From the NCBI GenBank assembly GCA_035490755.1, contig DATJLC010000085.1, positions 1 through 56,009 of the forward strand: DNA of 56,009 bases, in the 5' to 3' direction. Below the pieces are notes generated by a model. The model did no database searches. It was not told the DNA's origin and worked only from the letters and a program-made list of their open reading frames with translations. Position numbers and translations under genes: made by a program. The stretch's first letter is position 1. Every line of letters begins with the position of its first letter. Positions 8,771-18,762 of this stretch are shown piece after piece. This DNA comes from Sphingobium sp. (GTDB lineage: Bacteria > Pseudomonadota > Alphaproteobacteria > Sphingomonadales > Sphingomonadaceae).

Positions 8771-9787
8771 ATGTCGAAAATGCGTGAAACTGTTGCTTCT
8801 CTTCTCCTGCTCCTCGGCAGTGCCGAAACCGGTGCGCCGGCTTTTGCCCAAGCGAGCGCGCCTGCGCCCGCTCCGGCAGCGAATACCCAGCTTGCCTCAG
8901 CTGACATGGTCGTGACGCTGCTGGGCACGGGAACGCCCACGTTGAGCCCGGCACGCTTCGGGTATTCGACGCTGGTGCAAGTCGGGGGCCTCAATCTGGT
9001 GTTCGATGCAGGGCGTGGAAGTTCCATCCGCCTTGCACAACTGGGCGTGAAGCTGGGCAGCATCGATGCCACGTTCATCACCCATTATCACTCCGACCAT
9101 GTCAACGGCTTGGGTGACTTGTGGTCGACTAGCCTGCTGCCTTCGCCGCAAAATGGTCGGACAGCCCCTTTCGAGCTTTATGGCCCGGTTGGCATCAAGC
9201 AGGTGGCTGCCGGCATGCAGGCGATGTTCGAGCCTGATCTGGTGATCCGTCGTCACGACAACGAAGTGACCGCCGCGGCGGAGAAGCTCAACGTCCATGA
9301 GTTCACGCGAGACGGCGTCGTGTTCGAGAAGAATGGGGTGCGCGTTACGGCCTTCACGGTGGATCACGGCGCGGCGATCAAGCCTGCCGTCGGCTACAAG
9401 GTCCAGTACAAGGGGCGCACCGTGGTCCTGTCCGGAGACACCAAATACGATCTGGAGGTCGTCCGACAGGCAACCGGCGCTGATCTGCTGGTGCACGAAG
9501 CCAGCATCGTTGCGGCAAGCCATGTCAACGATGCATGGGCAAAGCCTTCGATCGCGCATCACACCAGCGCCGAAGAGGCAGGCGACGTGTTCCGCCAGGC
9601 GCACCCGAAGCTTGCCGTATTCTCGCACATCTCGCGGCCGGGCCCGCAGGACGAGACCAACACCGATGCGGCGCTCAAGCGTCGCGCGCTCTCGCACTGG
9701 CCGAACGGAAACGTCGTCGTCGGCACCGATCTGATGCGCATCGCCATTGGCTCCGCAGTGTCGGTCATTCCTTCTCCGGCTCAGTGA
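8771..9787 (+). CDS. Exported metallo-beta-lactamase fold hydrolase (RNase Z/arylsulfatase-like)
   Basis: Signal peptide, LLGTGTP, FDAGRG, THYHSDH, SGDT, HEA, HHTS motifs. Confidence 0.85.
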   Translation: MSKMRETVASLLLLLGSAETGAPAFAQASAPAPAPAANTQLASADMVVTLLGTGTPTLSPARFGYSTLVQVGGLNLVFDAGRGSSIRLAQLGVKLGSIDATFITHYHSDHVNGLGDLWSTSLLPSPQNGRTAPFELYGPVGIKQVAAGMQAMFEPDLVIRRHDNEVTAAAEKLNVHEFTRDGVVFEKNGVRVTAFTVDHGAAIKPAVGYKVQYKGRTVVLSGDTKYDLEVVRQATGADLLVHEASIVAASHVNDAWAKPSIAHHTSAEEAGDVFRQAHPKLAVFSHISRPGPQDETNTDAALKRRALSHWPNGNVVVGTDLMRIAIGSAVSVIPSPAQ

Positions 9788-9816
9788 TCTCGCCTGCCTT
9801 CAAAGGATAATACCGT

Positions 9817-10629
9817 ATGCACCGGCGATCCCTCATCAAATCTGCGCTTTATACGGCTCTTGCATCAGCCACCGCCGCCTCGGGCGTGCCCGCGATGGCG
9901 GTGACGCCAGCCAGGAAGCGCAGTTTCGTTCTGATACACGGCGCATGGCATGGCGGATGGTGCTGGCGCGATGTAGCGGCTTTGCTGCGAGCTCAGGGAC
10001 ACACCGTCTACACACCATCGCTCACCGGGTTGGCGGACCGTTCGCACCTTTTGTCCAATTCGATTACTCTCCAGACACACATCGACGACATCGTGAACCT
10101 GTTTGCATGGGAAGACATCGAGGACGCGGTGCTGGTCGCACATTCGTATGGCGGTTGGCCCGTTTCCGCGGCGCTCGCGAAGATCGGGAACAAGGTGGCC
10201 TCTGTCGTCTTCGTGGATGCCTTCGTGCCTGAAAATGGACAACGCGTAATAGATCTCAACTCGCCGCAGTTTCAACAGGCGCTCAAGGACGCGATCGCCA
10301 AAGGCGAGGCGGGACGACCCGCGCCAAAAGCCGAGGTCTTCGGCATCAAGGATACTGCCAGAGCAGTTTGGGTGCAGGCGAAGATGACCCCGCAACCATC
10401 AGGGGTCGCAATCCAGCCTATCGTCCTGTCAGGCGCGCGCGATCGCGTAGCACGCAAAACGTACGTTCGCGCTACCGGCTTTGCGATGCCGACGTTCGAC
10501 AGCTATTTTGCCAAGGCGCAGAAGGATCCCTCGTGGACCGCGATAGGACTTGCAGCCGAAGAGTGCGGGCACGACGTGATGATCGACATACCGCAGCAGC
10601 TATCGGAAATCCTGCTGTCCGCAGCTTGA
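9817..10629 (+). CDS. Tat-exported alpha/beta hydrolase (esterase; MheI/salicylate-esterase-like)
   Basis: RRSLIK twin-arginine leader, FVLIHGAWHGGWCW, AHSYGG, CGHDVMID. Confidence 0.85.
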   Translation: MHRRSLIKSALYTALASATAASGVPAMAVTPARKRSFVLIHGAWHGGWCWRDVAALLRAQGHTVYTPSLTGLADRSHLLSNSITLQTHIDDIVNLFAWEDIEDAVLVAHSYGGWPVSAALAKIGNKVASVVFVDAFVPENGQRVIDLNSPQFQQALKDAIAKGEAGRPAPKAEVFGIKDTARAVWVQAKMTPQPSGVAIQPIVLSGARDRVARKTYVRATGFAMPTFDSYFAKAQKDPSWTAIGLAAEECGHDVMIDIPQQLSEILLSAA

Positions 10630-10783
10630 TCTCCGCGATTGCGGATTAGCCCGCGCGAGACTGCGCAAGAGAACTTATAAACGCCGGAGTAAAAACATAC
10701 CACTGACGGGTCTTTCGGGGTCCGTTCATTTCGGAGTAAAAGTGTACCGGTCCTGATGGGTCCTCTGGAGAGAGGGCCGGAGG

Positions 10784-12307
10784 ATGAAGTCAGTGGAGAT
10801 ATATGCGAAGGTCCGTCGGGCCGTATTGGTTGAAGGGATGACGCGGCGAGAAGCAGCGCGTTATTTTGGTGTTCATCGCAACACGATCACGAAGATGCTG
10901 CAGTATGCGGAGCCACCGGGATATCGGCGAGCGGTGCCGCGGGTGTCGGAGAAGCTGGCACCGTTCGAGACGTTAATCGACGAGATATTACGTTCGGACA
11001 AAGGTGCTCCTCCCAAGCAGCGCCATACGTGCAAGCGGATATACGAACGGCTGCGGACTGAGCATGGGTATACGGGCGGTCTGACGATCCTGAGCGATTA
11101 TGTTCGTTCGCAGCGGTTGCGTTCCCGCGAGGTATTCATACCGCTGAGCCACAGGCCTGGGCACGCTCAGGTGGATTTTGGCGAAGCCGATGCTATCATC
11201 GCAGGCAAGCGGGTGCGGCTGCATTATTTCTGCATGGATTTGCCACAGTCCGATGGGTGTTTTGTGAAGGCCTATCCCGCCGAAGTGGCGGAAGCGTTTT
11301 GCGATGGCCATGTCAGCGCCTTTGCCTTTTTCGGCGGTGTGCCTACGCGCATCCTGTACGATAACACCCGGCTTGCGGTGGCGCGCATTCTTGGCGATGG
11401 ACGGCGCGAACGCAGCCGGATGTTTGCGGGCTTGCAGAGCCATTATCTGTTCGACGATCGGTTCGGTCGCCCCGGCAAGGGGAACGACAAGGGCAAGGTC
11501 GAGGGACTGGTCGGCTATGTGCGCCGCAACTTCATGGTGCCGATACCGGCGGCGGCGAGTATCGAAGAACTGAACGCCCGCTTTGCCGATCAATGCCGGC
11601 GTCGCGGTGCAGCGGTATTGCGGGGACAAAGCCAGAGCATCACGGCGCGCATGGAAGCCGATAGTGCCGCGTTCATGCCCTTGCCGGAGGTGGCGTTCGA
11701 TCCGTGCCATATCGTCAGCGGCTGCGCGTCGTCGATGGCGCTGGTGCGCTATCGCACCAACGATTACTCGGTACCCACGGCGTTCGCGCATCAGCAGGTC
11801 GTCATCAAGGGCTATGTCGATCGTGTCGACATCGTCTGTCGGGGCACGTGCATCGCCAGCCATGTGCGCAGCTATGAGCGAGAGGATTTTATTGCCAACC
11901 CGCTCCACTATCTGGCCCTGCTCGAGCATAAGCCCGGCGCACTGGATCAGGCCGCGCCGCTTGATGGCTGGCACCTGTCCGAACCGGTGCACCGCCTGCG
12001 GCGGCTGATGGAAGCGAGAAGCGGCAAGGAAGGACGGCGTGCCTTCATCCAGGTCCTGCGGTTGTGCGAACATTATGAGCAGTCGCTGGTCGAGTGGGCG
12101 GTCGCCCGTGCGCTGGAGCTGGGCGCGATCAGCTTTGATGCGGTCAAGATGATCCTGCTTGCGCGTCTGGAACACCGACCCGCGAGGCTGGATATGAGCC
12201 TGTATCCCTATCTGCCCCGCGCCAATGTCGGTGTGACCGATACCCGCGCCTATCTGGGCCTGATACCCGATGCCCACCGCGTGACAATGAAGGGGGCATC
12301 AGCATGA
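10784..12307 (+). CDS. istA: IS21-family transposase IstA
   Basis: N-terminal HTH, AQVDFG, LYDN, KGKVE DDE motifs. Confidence 0.95.
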   Translation: MKSVEIYAKVRRAVLVEGMTRREAARYFGVHRNTITKMLQYAEPPGYRRAVPRVSEKLAPFETLIDEILRSDKGAPPKQRHTCKRIYERLRTEHGYTGGLTILSDYVRSQRLRSREVFIPLSHRPGHAQVDFGEADAIIAGKRVRLHYFCMDLPQSDGCFVKAYPAEVAEAFCDGHVSAFAFFGGVPTRILYDNTRLAVARILGDGRRERSRMFAGLQSHYLFDDRFGRPGKGNDKGKVEGLVGYVRRNFMVPIPAAASIEELNARFADQCRRRGAAVLRGQSQSITARMEADSAAFMPLPEVAFDPCHIVSGCASSMALVRYRTNDYSVPTAFAHQQVVIKGYVDRVDIVCRGTCIASHVRSYEREDFIANPLHYLALLEHKPGALDQAAPLDGWHLSEPVHRLRRLMEARSGKEGRRAFIQVLRLCEHYEQSLVEWAVARALELGAISFDAVKMILLARLEHRPARLDMSLYPYLPRANVGVTDTRAYLGLIPDAHRVTMKGASA

Positions 12308-13143
12308 CAGACCCTGTGATGCAACCGCTGCCTGCCATAATGGAGACGGGCACCAGCGTGCCGCCGCAGATCCTGCTGGGCAACCACTTGAAAGCGCTCA
12401 AGCTGCCGACCTTCGCTCGCGAGTATGAGAAGGTGGCGATGGAAGCGGCGGGCAGCCGCACCGATTATCCCGGCTATCTGCTGCGCCTGTGCGAGTTGGA
12501 ACGGATCGACCGGGAGCGGCGCATGGTCGAACGCCGTATCCGGCTCGCCAGGTTCCCGCACACCAAGAGCTTCGATACGTTCGATTTTGCCGCGCAGCCT
12601 TCGCTGAACAAGCCGCTGGTGGTTGAGCTTGCGCGATGCGAATGGATTACGACGCGCAGCAACATTATCGCCCTTGGGCCCTCCGGCACCGGCAAGACCC
12701 ATGTCGCGCTCGCGCTCGGCCTGGCGGCCTGTCAGAAAGGACACAGCGTCGCCTTCGTTACAGCCGCCGCCCTCGTGCATGAGCTGATGGAGGCAAGAGA
12801 CGAGCGCCGGTTGCGCCAGCTGCAAAAGCATCTCGCCTCAGTCAAGCTGCTGATCCTTGATGAACTGGGTTATGTCCCGTTCACCGCCGTCGGCAGTGAA
12901 CTGCTGTTCGAGGTGCTCAGCCAGCGCTACGAACGCGGCAGCACGCTCATCACCAGCAATCTGCCGTTCGATGAATGGACATCGGTGTTCGGATCCGAGC
13001 GGCTTACCGGCGCCCTGCTCGACCGGTTGACCCACCATGTCCATATCCTCGAGATGAACGGGGGCAGCTATCGGCTTGCCAGCAGCCGGAAACGGCAAAA
13101 GCACAGCCACCACGCACAGCAAGAGGAGGTGCCCCCCCCATGA
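12304..13143 (+). CDS. istB: IS21-family ATPase IstB
   Basis: Walker A GPSGTGKT, LLILDELGY, ITSN, LDRLTHH; 4-bp overlap with istA. Confidence 0.95.
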   Translation: MTDPVMQPLPAIMETGTSVPPQILLGNHLKALKLPTFAREYEKVAMEAAGSRTDYPGYLLRLCELERIDRERRMVERRIRLARFPHTKSFDTFDFAAQPSLNKPLVVELARCEWITTRSNIIALGPSGTGKTHVALALGLAACQKGHSVAFVTAAALVHELMEARDERRLRQLQKHLASVKLLILDELGYVPFTAVGSELLFEVLSQRYERGSTLITSNLPFDEWTSVFGSERLTGALLDRLTHHVHILEMNGGSYRLASSRKRQKHSHHAQQEEVPPP

Positions 13144-13160
13144 CCTGATCAGAAAACCCC

Positions 13161-13219
13161 TCATCTGCTGTGCTGAACGGCCTTCCGCTACGCTCCAGAC
13201 CGTTCAGCACAGCAGATGA
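13161..13219. repeat. Perfect 20-bp stem-loop after istB
   Basis: TCATCTGCTGTGCTGAACGG (13161-13180) and its exact inverse (13200-13219). Confidence 0.9.
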
Positions 13220-13388
13220 AAGCACCGCCTCGACAAGAGGCTTTTTGTTCAATCCAACTGGTACACTCTTACACCGGAATCTTGCACAATTTTACCCCGG
13301 CATTGACAGAACTTCAAAATGATGTGAACGACCTCGCTTGTGGGGCTGCTGGACTGCGGCAGACAGGGGCGTCGTCTGGGAGAAGGCT

Positions 13389-14903
13389 GTGTTGAAAGGT
13401 TCCAAGACGATCGTGTGCGGCTGTCTGCTGGGAGCAGCGATCATGACCGGGTCGACTGTCGCCCTGGCGCAATCGGTGCCTCCGGCCAGCACCGAGGACG
13501 AGTCCGCAGGTGGCCCGATGGGCAGCCAGGCGCAACCCGGTGTTCGCCCCCCACGATCGCAGCCCCGCGCTGCCGTGGCGGTCCCCGGCGGGCAGACGGG
13601 AACGCCGAACCTTCCCCAGGCGATCCGCTGGACGGAGGACTGGTCGCAGCCCGTCAGCAAGGATGCGCCATTGATCGACAGGATCAAGCACATCCCGATC
13701 GGCTCGGATGACATATACCTCTCCCTCGGCGGTGAGGCGCGCGCATACTACACCGCCTGGGATCATCAGAATGCCGGGCGCACTGCGAATGACGCCAATG
13801 ACCCGGTGCAGCGTCGCTTGCGACTGCTGGCCGATCTGCACATGGGGCCGCACGTCCGGGCCTTTGTGGAACTGGGCGACAATCGTGAGTACGGTTCCAG
13901 CCTGGTCACTCCGCCGAACCGGGGGCCCTTCGACGTCGAGCAGGCGTTCCTCGATGTGACGGTGCCGCTCGGCAAAGCTGGAAAGTTGACGTTGCGTCCT
14001 GGTCGGTTCGAAATGCCGCTTGGCAACGGCAAGCTTGTCACGCTGCGGGACGGTGTCAATCAGCGTGTGCTCTATCAGGGCCTGCGCGCGACCTATGCCC
14101 TTCCCGGCAAGATCTCTGTCGACACGTTCGCCGTTCGCCCCGTAAACATTAAGGACGGCGAATTCAACAATGCCCCTAACCACACACAGTCATTCCACGG
14201 CGTTTACGTCAGCGCTCCGCACGTGGTGGCTGGCTTTGGCGTCGACGGGTACTGGTTCCAGGTGAAGCGTGACACTGCATTGAACGCTCAGGGCAGGGCC
14301 TCCGAGAACCGTAGCAGCTGGGGTGCGAGGCTGTGGCAGCGCACTGCGACCTGGGATCTCGACGTGGAAGGTACCTACCAGTCCGGTCGCTTTGGAACCA
14401 AGGACATCAGCGCATGGGCGATGATGATGGATGGTGGTTATACCTTCCCCAAGGTTGCCCTTCAGCCGCGCCTGGGGCTCAGAGCCAATGTATTTAGCGG
14501 CGACGGCAACGCCGGTAATGACACGCTGGGTACCTTTGTCGCGCCTGCGCCTCGTTATCAGATGCTCAATGCCGGTGTTTTGTTCAACTACTCAAATTTG
14601 ATGAACCTCAACCCAACGCTTACGCTGAAGCCGGCGCGATCGGTGACGATTGTGACCGGGGCCCAACTTTACTGGCGCCATCGCATTGCAGACGGCGCTT
14701 ACGTCGGGCCTGCCGGTGCATCGTTTGCGTCCGCTTCCGCTCGGCGGATCGGTACCGCCATGGAAATCGACATATCATGGCAGGCCACCAAGCGCCTGCA
14801 ATTCGGCGTGGCCAACAGCTATTTCATGCCGAGCAAGTCGCTGGAAAGCGTTGGCGGCAAATACGGGAACTACTTCGGCGCCTACACCAGCTTGAGATTC
14901 TGA
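13389..14903 (+). CDS. Alginate-export family outer-membrane beta-barrel porin
   Basis: Signal peptide, IRWTEDWS, IKHIPIG...YLSLGGEAR, C-terminal aromatic (LRF). Confidence 0.8.
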   Translation: MLKGSKTIVCGCLLGAAIMTGSTVALAQSVPPASTEDESAGGPMGSQAQPGVRPPRSQPRAAVAVPGGQTGTPNLPQAIRWTEDWSQPVSKDAPLIDRIKHIPIGSDDIYLSLGGEARAYYTAWDHQNAGRTANDANDPVQRRLRLLADLHMGPHVRAFVELGDNREYGSSLVTPPNRGPFDVEQAFLDVTVPLGKAGKLTLRPGRFEMPLGNGKLVTLRDGVNQRVLYQGLRATYALPGKISVDTFAVRPVNIKDGEFNNAPNHTQSFHGVYVSAPHVVAGFGVDGYWFQVKRDTALNAQGRASENRSSWGARLWQRTATWDLDVEGTYQSGRFGTKDISAWAMMMDGGYTFPKVALQPRLGLRANVFSGDGNAGNDTLGTFVAPAPRYQMLNAGVLFNYSNLMNLNPTLTLKPARSVTIVTGAQLYWRHRIADGAYVGPAGASFASASARRIGTAMEIDISWQATKRLQFGVANSYFMPSKSLESVGGKYGNYFGAYTSLRF

Positions 14904-15026
14904 GGGGTTTCCCGATCGCCATCTGTCGCCTCCGGCCGCTGACTGGCATAGACTGCGGTGGTCCATTCGTCATGTTAGAGCGGTTGGATTAGGTCCGGAG
15001 CGACCAACTGGGGCGCAATGCTGCCA

Positions 15027-15161
15027 TGTCGGAAACCGCATGTTTCCCGACAGGGGACGACGCAAACGGATTGAAGCTCCATGATCGCGGCTGATTATGC
15101 GCGACAAACCCTGTCGCTTTGACCTACTGTGCGACAACATTGATCCAGGGGTTTGTCGTAC
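15027..15161. other. res site upstream of resolvase
   Basis: Three imperfect palindromes: TGTCGGAAAC..GTTTCCCGACA, GCGACAAACCCTGTCGC, GCGACAAC...TTTGTCGT. Confidence 0.65.
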
Positions 15162-15746
15162 ATGCTCATCGGGTACATGCGTGTCTCATCGGTCGACGAC
15201 CGCCAGTCGGTCGACCTCCAGCGCGATGCTCTGCTCGCCGCCGGCGTCGATGAACGCCATCTCTATTCCGATAAGGCATCGGGCGCCCGGGATGATCGCT
15301 CCGGCCTGAAGACGTGTCTGGAATACCTGAAGGAAGGCGACACCCTGATCGTTTGGAAGCTCGACCGCCTTGGGCGATCCTTGGCCAACCTGCTGACCAT
15401 TATCACCGACCTGAAAGTCCGGGGCGTGGCTTTTCAATCGCTGACGGAGCAGATGGACACAACCACGCCCCACGGAGAATTGTTGTTTTCGCTTTTCGGC
15501 GCGCTTGCTCAATATGAACGCGCGCTTACGCGCGAGCGGGTGATGGCGGGACTGGCGGCGGCAAAGCGCCGGGGCAGACGCGGCGGTCGACCGCCGAGCA
15601 TCGACGCGGAGACGATCGAGCAGATCACGGACGCACTCAATGCTGGTGCAAGCAAAGCGTCAGTGTGCCGGTCCTTCAAGGTGCCCCGATCGACCCTCAT
15701 CGGCACGCTCGATCGGATTGGCTGGACGGGGCCAGCCAAGGCCTAA
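15162..15746 (+). CDS. tnpR: Serine resolvase
   Basis: MLIGYMRVSS catalytic Ser, VWKLDRLGRS, GRRGGRP, C-terminal HTH. Confidence 0.95.
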   Translation: MLIGYMRVSSVDDRQSVDLQRDALLAAGVDERHLYSDKASGARDDRSGLKTCLEYLKEGDTLIVWKLDRLGRSLANLLTIITDLKVRGVAFQSLTEQMDTTTPHGELLFSLFGALAQYERALTRERVMAGLAAAKRRGRRGGRPPSIDAETIEQITDALNAGASKASVCRSFKVPRSTLIGTLDRIGWTGPAKA

Positions 15747-15750
15747 CTAG

Positions 15751-18729
15751 ATGCCCCGCCGTTCTGTCCTGACCGAGGCGCAACATGCCGAATTGTTCGC
15801 CTTGCCCGAAAACGAAGCCGACCTGGTGCGGTACTGGACGCTCGGTGTCGACGATCTGCGCGCCATCACGAGCCGAAGGCGTCCCCACAACCGTCTCGGT
15901 TTTGCGCTACAGCTCTGTGCCTTGCGCTATCCCGGCCGGCTGCTGAAGCCCGGCGAATTCATCCCCGATGCTCCTCTCAGGTTCGTCGGGGATCAGCTCG
16001 GCATCGCGCCGGACCTACTTGCGGACTATGCCACGCGCGGCCCCACCCGGTACGAGCAACTCGACACGCTGCGCGAGGTATTCGGTTTTCGCCAATTGAG
16101 CCGTCCGATCCAGGCTGAACTGCAGGCCTGGCTCCTGCCGATCGCCCTCACCATGACCGGCGGAATCGATCTGGCGCGGATCTTGATCGAGGAATTCCGG
16201 AGACGGCGGATAATCGTGCCCGGCATCACATCCCTGGAACGTATGGTGAGCAAGGCCCTGCTCGACGCCGAGCGGAAAGTGGGCGATTTGCTGACGGTCC
16301 ATCTGACCTCGGCACAATGCGGCCTGCTGGATTCGCTGTTGCTGCAGCACGATGAAGGCCGGATCAGCACTCTTGCGTGGATTCGCCAACCGCCCGGCAG
16401 GCCTGGGCGCCGTTCCTTCGCGGCGATTCTTGAGCGGTTGTCCGCACTCCGCGCAATCGGCTTGGCCCCTGAAGTCGTGGCTCCGGTCCATCCCGAGCGG
16501 CTGCGCCGTCTCAACCAGCAGGGCGTCCGGCTTACCGCGCAACATCTTTCCGTCCTGAACCCGATCCGTCGTCGGGCTGTTCTGATCGCCACCGTCATCG
16601 AAACGCAGGTGGCCCTGACCGACGATGCCGTGGTAATGTTCGAACGACTGATCGGACAGATGTTCCGGCGCGCCGAACGCCGGGAAGAGGCGGCGTTGAA
16701 ACGCGACAAGCGCACCATCAACGGCAAAATCCGCCTGCTGGCTCGCCTCGGAACCGCGATCATCGACGCAAGGGCAAACGGCTCGGATCCTTTCGGCGCC
16801 ATTGCAGAGATAATCGGGTGGGATGACCTCGGCTCCGAAATCGCGGAGGCTAGGCAACTTGTGCGTCCCGATCCGCTCGATCCCGTCGAGCTTGCGCGAT
16901 CAAACCTTCCGATCCTTCGTCAGATCGGTCCGGCCTTTGTCGCCAGCTTCACCTTCGGCGCAGTTCCTGCCTGCGCGGGCCTTGCTCGTGCCATCGCGAC
17001 ATTGCGCGATCTGGGCAGTGGCCGCCTACGCAAATTGCCTGCAGATGTCGCGCTCGGCTTCGTGCGTCCCGCATGGCGGCGGCGGATAGACCGAGCCGGT
17101 CTTGATCGCCGCATCTTCGAATTCTGTGTCCTCGCCGAATTGCGGGACCGTTTGCGCGCCGGCGACATGTGGGTCGAGGGCAGCCGGCGATATAGAGCGG
17201 TCGAGCAGCAGCTCATTTCCGCGCCGGTGTTCGCTGCCATGCGGGCGGCGGGGCCGCTGCCCATCCCGGTCGCCGAAACCGCCGCGACCTGGCTAGCGGA
17301 ACGTAAGGCCCTGCTCACCCAGAGACTGGCCGAGGTCGATGCAAAGGCAGCGGCCGATGCACTCGAAGATGTACGTCTCTCGGGCGGCAAGCTGCGGATA
17401 TCGCCGCTTCGGGCCGTCACGCCGGACGAAGCGGAAAAGGCCCTTGCGCCCTTGTATAGCCATCTGCCGACTATCCGCATTACTGACCTGCTGGCGGAGG
17501 TTGACCGCTGGACCGGTTTTTCGAAATGCTTCACCCATCTCACAACCGGCCGAATGCACGATGATCCCCGTGCCGTCCTGACCGCAGTGCTTGCCGATGC
17601 CACCAATCTTGGGCACGCCCGCATGGCCGAGGCCTGCGATCTGGTGAGCCAGCGCCAACTCGGTTGGCTTGCAGCCTGGCATTTGCGCGAAGATAGGTAT
17701 GGCGCTGCCTTGGCGATGTTGGTCGATGCCCAGCATCGCCTGCCACTTTCAAACGCGTTCGGCGCCGGCAATGCGTCGAGTTCCGATGGCCAGAATTTCC
17801 CGCTCGATCGCCGCGCCCAGGCGACCGGTGCCGTCAATCCACACAAGGGCAGCGAACCGTCAGTCTCCTTCTACACCCATGTTTCGGATCGCTATGCGCC
17901 ATTTCATTCCAAGGTGATTTCCGCCGGCACGAGTGAGGCTGCACACGTCCTTGACGGCCTGTTGCATCATGGCGCGGAACTGGCGATCGAACGTCATCAC
18001 ACCGACGGCGGCGGCGTGTCCGATCACGTTTTCGCGCTGTGCCATCTGCTGGGCTTTCAGTTCGCACCGCGGATTCCGAACATCGCCGCGCGGCGGCTCC
18101 ATCTCTTTCGTGATGCGCGGCCCGGTCCGGCCATCGCCTCGCTGGCCGCGCAAGCCATCGATGAGCAGCTTATTGCCAGTCACTGGGAAGATATTGTCCG
18201 CCTCGCGACGTCGATCCGGACCGGCGTCACGAGTGCGTCCACGATGCTCGAGCGCCTCGGCTCCTATCCGCGCGCCAACGGTCTGGCCCTGGCGCTGCGC
18301 GAGGTCGGTCGGGTCGAACGGACGCTTTTTACCCTCGATTGGATCGAAAAGCCGGAAGAACGGCGCCGCGCCACACGTGAGCTAAACAAGGGCGAGGCGC
18401 AGAACGCCCTCAAGCGGGCGATCTTCTTTCACCGCACCGGCCGGATTCGCGACCATGGGATTCAGGCCCAGGGACACCGGGCAAGCGCCCTCAACCTGGT
18501 CGCCGGAGCCATTGTCCTGTGGAACACGACCTACATGGAGGCGGTACTGCACCATCTGGAGCGGCATGGGAAACAGATCCAGCCCGAGTTGCTCCAGCAC
18601 TTGTCGCCGTTGGGTTGGCAGCACATCAATCTTACGGGCGACTACCTCTGGACGGACGCCAGCACAATGGGCGGAACGCTGCGGCCGCTGCGCCAAAAGA
18701 TCGGCGTTTCCGATGCCCAAAATGCTTAG
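15751..18729 (+). CDS. tnpA: Tn3-family transposase
   Basis: 992 aa; NRLGFALQLCALRYPG, SSSDGQ, HTDGGG, LNKGEA, HLSPLGWQHINLTGDY; stop lies in right IR. Confidence 0.97.
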   Translation: MPRRSVLTEAQHAELFALPENEADLVRYWTLGVDDLRAITSRRRPHNRLGFALQLCALRYPGRLLKPGEFIPDAPLRFVGDQLGIAPDLLADYATRGPTRYEQLDTLREVFGFRQLSRPIQAELQAWLLPIALTMTGGIDLARILIEEFRRRRIIVPGITSLERMVSKALLDAERKVGDLLTVHLTSAQCGLLDSLLLQHDEGRISTLAWIRQPPGRPGRRSFAAILERLSALRAIGLAPEVVAPVHPERLRRLNQQGVRLTAQHLSVLNPIRRRAVLIATVIETQVALTDDAVVMFERLIGQMFRRAERREEAALKRDKRTINGKIRLLARLGTAIIDARANGSDPFGAIAEIIGWDDLGSEIAEARQLVRPDPLDPVELARSNLPILRQIGPAFVASFTFGAVPACAGLARAIATLRDLGSGRLRKLPADVALGFVRPAWRRRIDRAGLDRRIFEFCVLAELRDRLRAGDMWVEGSRRYRAVEQQLISAPVFAAMRAAGPLPIPVAETAATWLAERKALLTQRLAEVDAKAAADALEDVRLSGGKLRISPLRAVTPDEAEKALAPLYSHLPTIRITDLLAEVDRWTGFSKCFTHLTTGRMHDDPRAVLTAVLADATNLGHARMAEACDLVSQRQLGWLAAWHLREDRYGAALAMLVDAQHRLPLSNAFGAGNASSSDGQNFPLDRRAQATGAVNPHKGSEPSVSFYTHVSDRYAPFHSKVISAGTSEAAHVLDGLLHHGAELAIERHHTDGGGVSDHVFALCHLLGFQFAPRIPNIAARRLHLFRDARPGPAIASLAAQAIDEQLIASHWEDIVRLATSIRTGVTSASTMLERLGSYPRANGLALALREVGRVERTLFTLDWIEKPEERRRATRELNKGEAQNALKRAIFFHRTGRIRDHGIQAQGHRASALNLVAGAIVLWNTTYMEAVLHHLERHGKQIQPELLQHLSPLGWQHINLTGDYLWTDASTMGGTLRPLRQKIGVSDAQNA

Positions 18730-18762
18730 CGTATATCTGTGCCCGTTTTATGTGACGCCCCC
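18725..18762 (-). repeat. Right 38-bp inverted repeat of Tn3-family transposon
   Basis: Inverse of 3029-3066 with 2 mismatches. Confidence 0.95.

Larger units (their letters stand above)
10676..13308 (+). mobile_element. IS21-family insertion sequence (2,633 bp)
   Basis: istA/istB; ends TATAAACGCCGGAGTAAAA / inverse TGTCAATGCCGGGGTAAAA; direct repeat GAACT at 10671-10675 and 13309-13313. Confidence 0.92.
3029..18762 (+). mobile_element. Tn3-family transposon (15,734 bp) carrying an aromatic catabolic cluster
   Basis: 38-bp IRs GGGGGCGTCACATTAAACGGGCACAGATATACGGTAAG (3029-3066) and inverse copy at 18725-18762 (2 mismatches); 5-bp TSD AACAA at 3024-3028 and 18763-18767; tnpR and tnpA present. 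Confidence 0.95.

Noticed and set aside
8771..9787. MBL-fold genes (also 26602-27474 and 30164-30913) as beta-lactamases
   Set aside because: Motifs and context fit RNase Z/sulfatase-like and persulfide dioxygenase subfamilies; no antibiotic resistance gene was recognised
13303..13331. IS21-created hybrid promoter for the porin gene
   Set aside because: Perfect TTGACA is present but there is no -10 hexamer at 16-18 bp spacing
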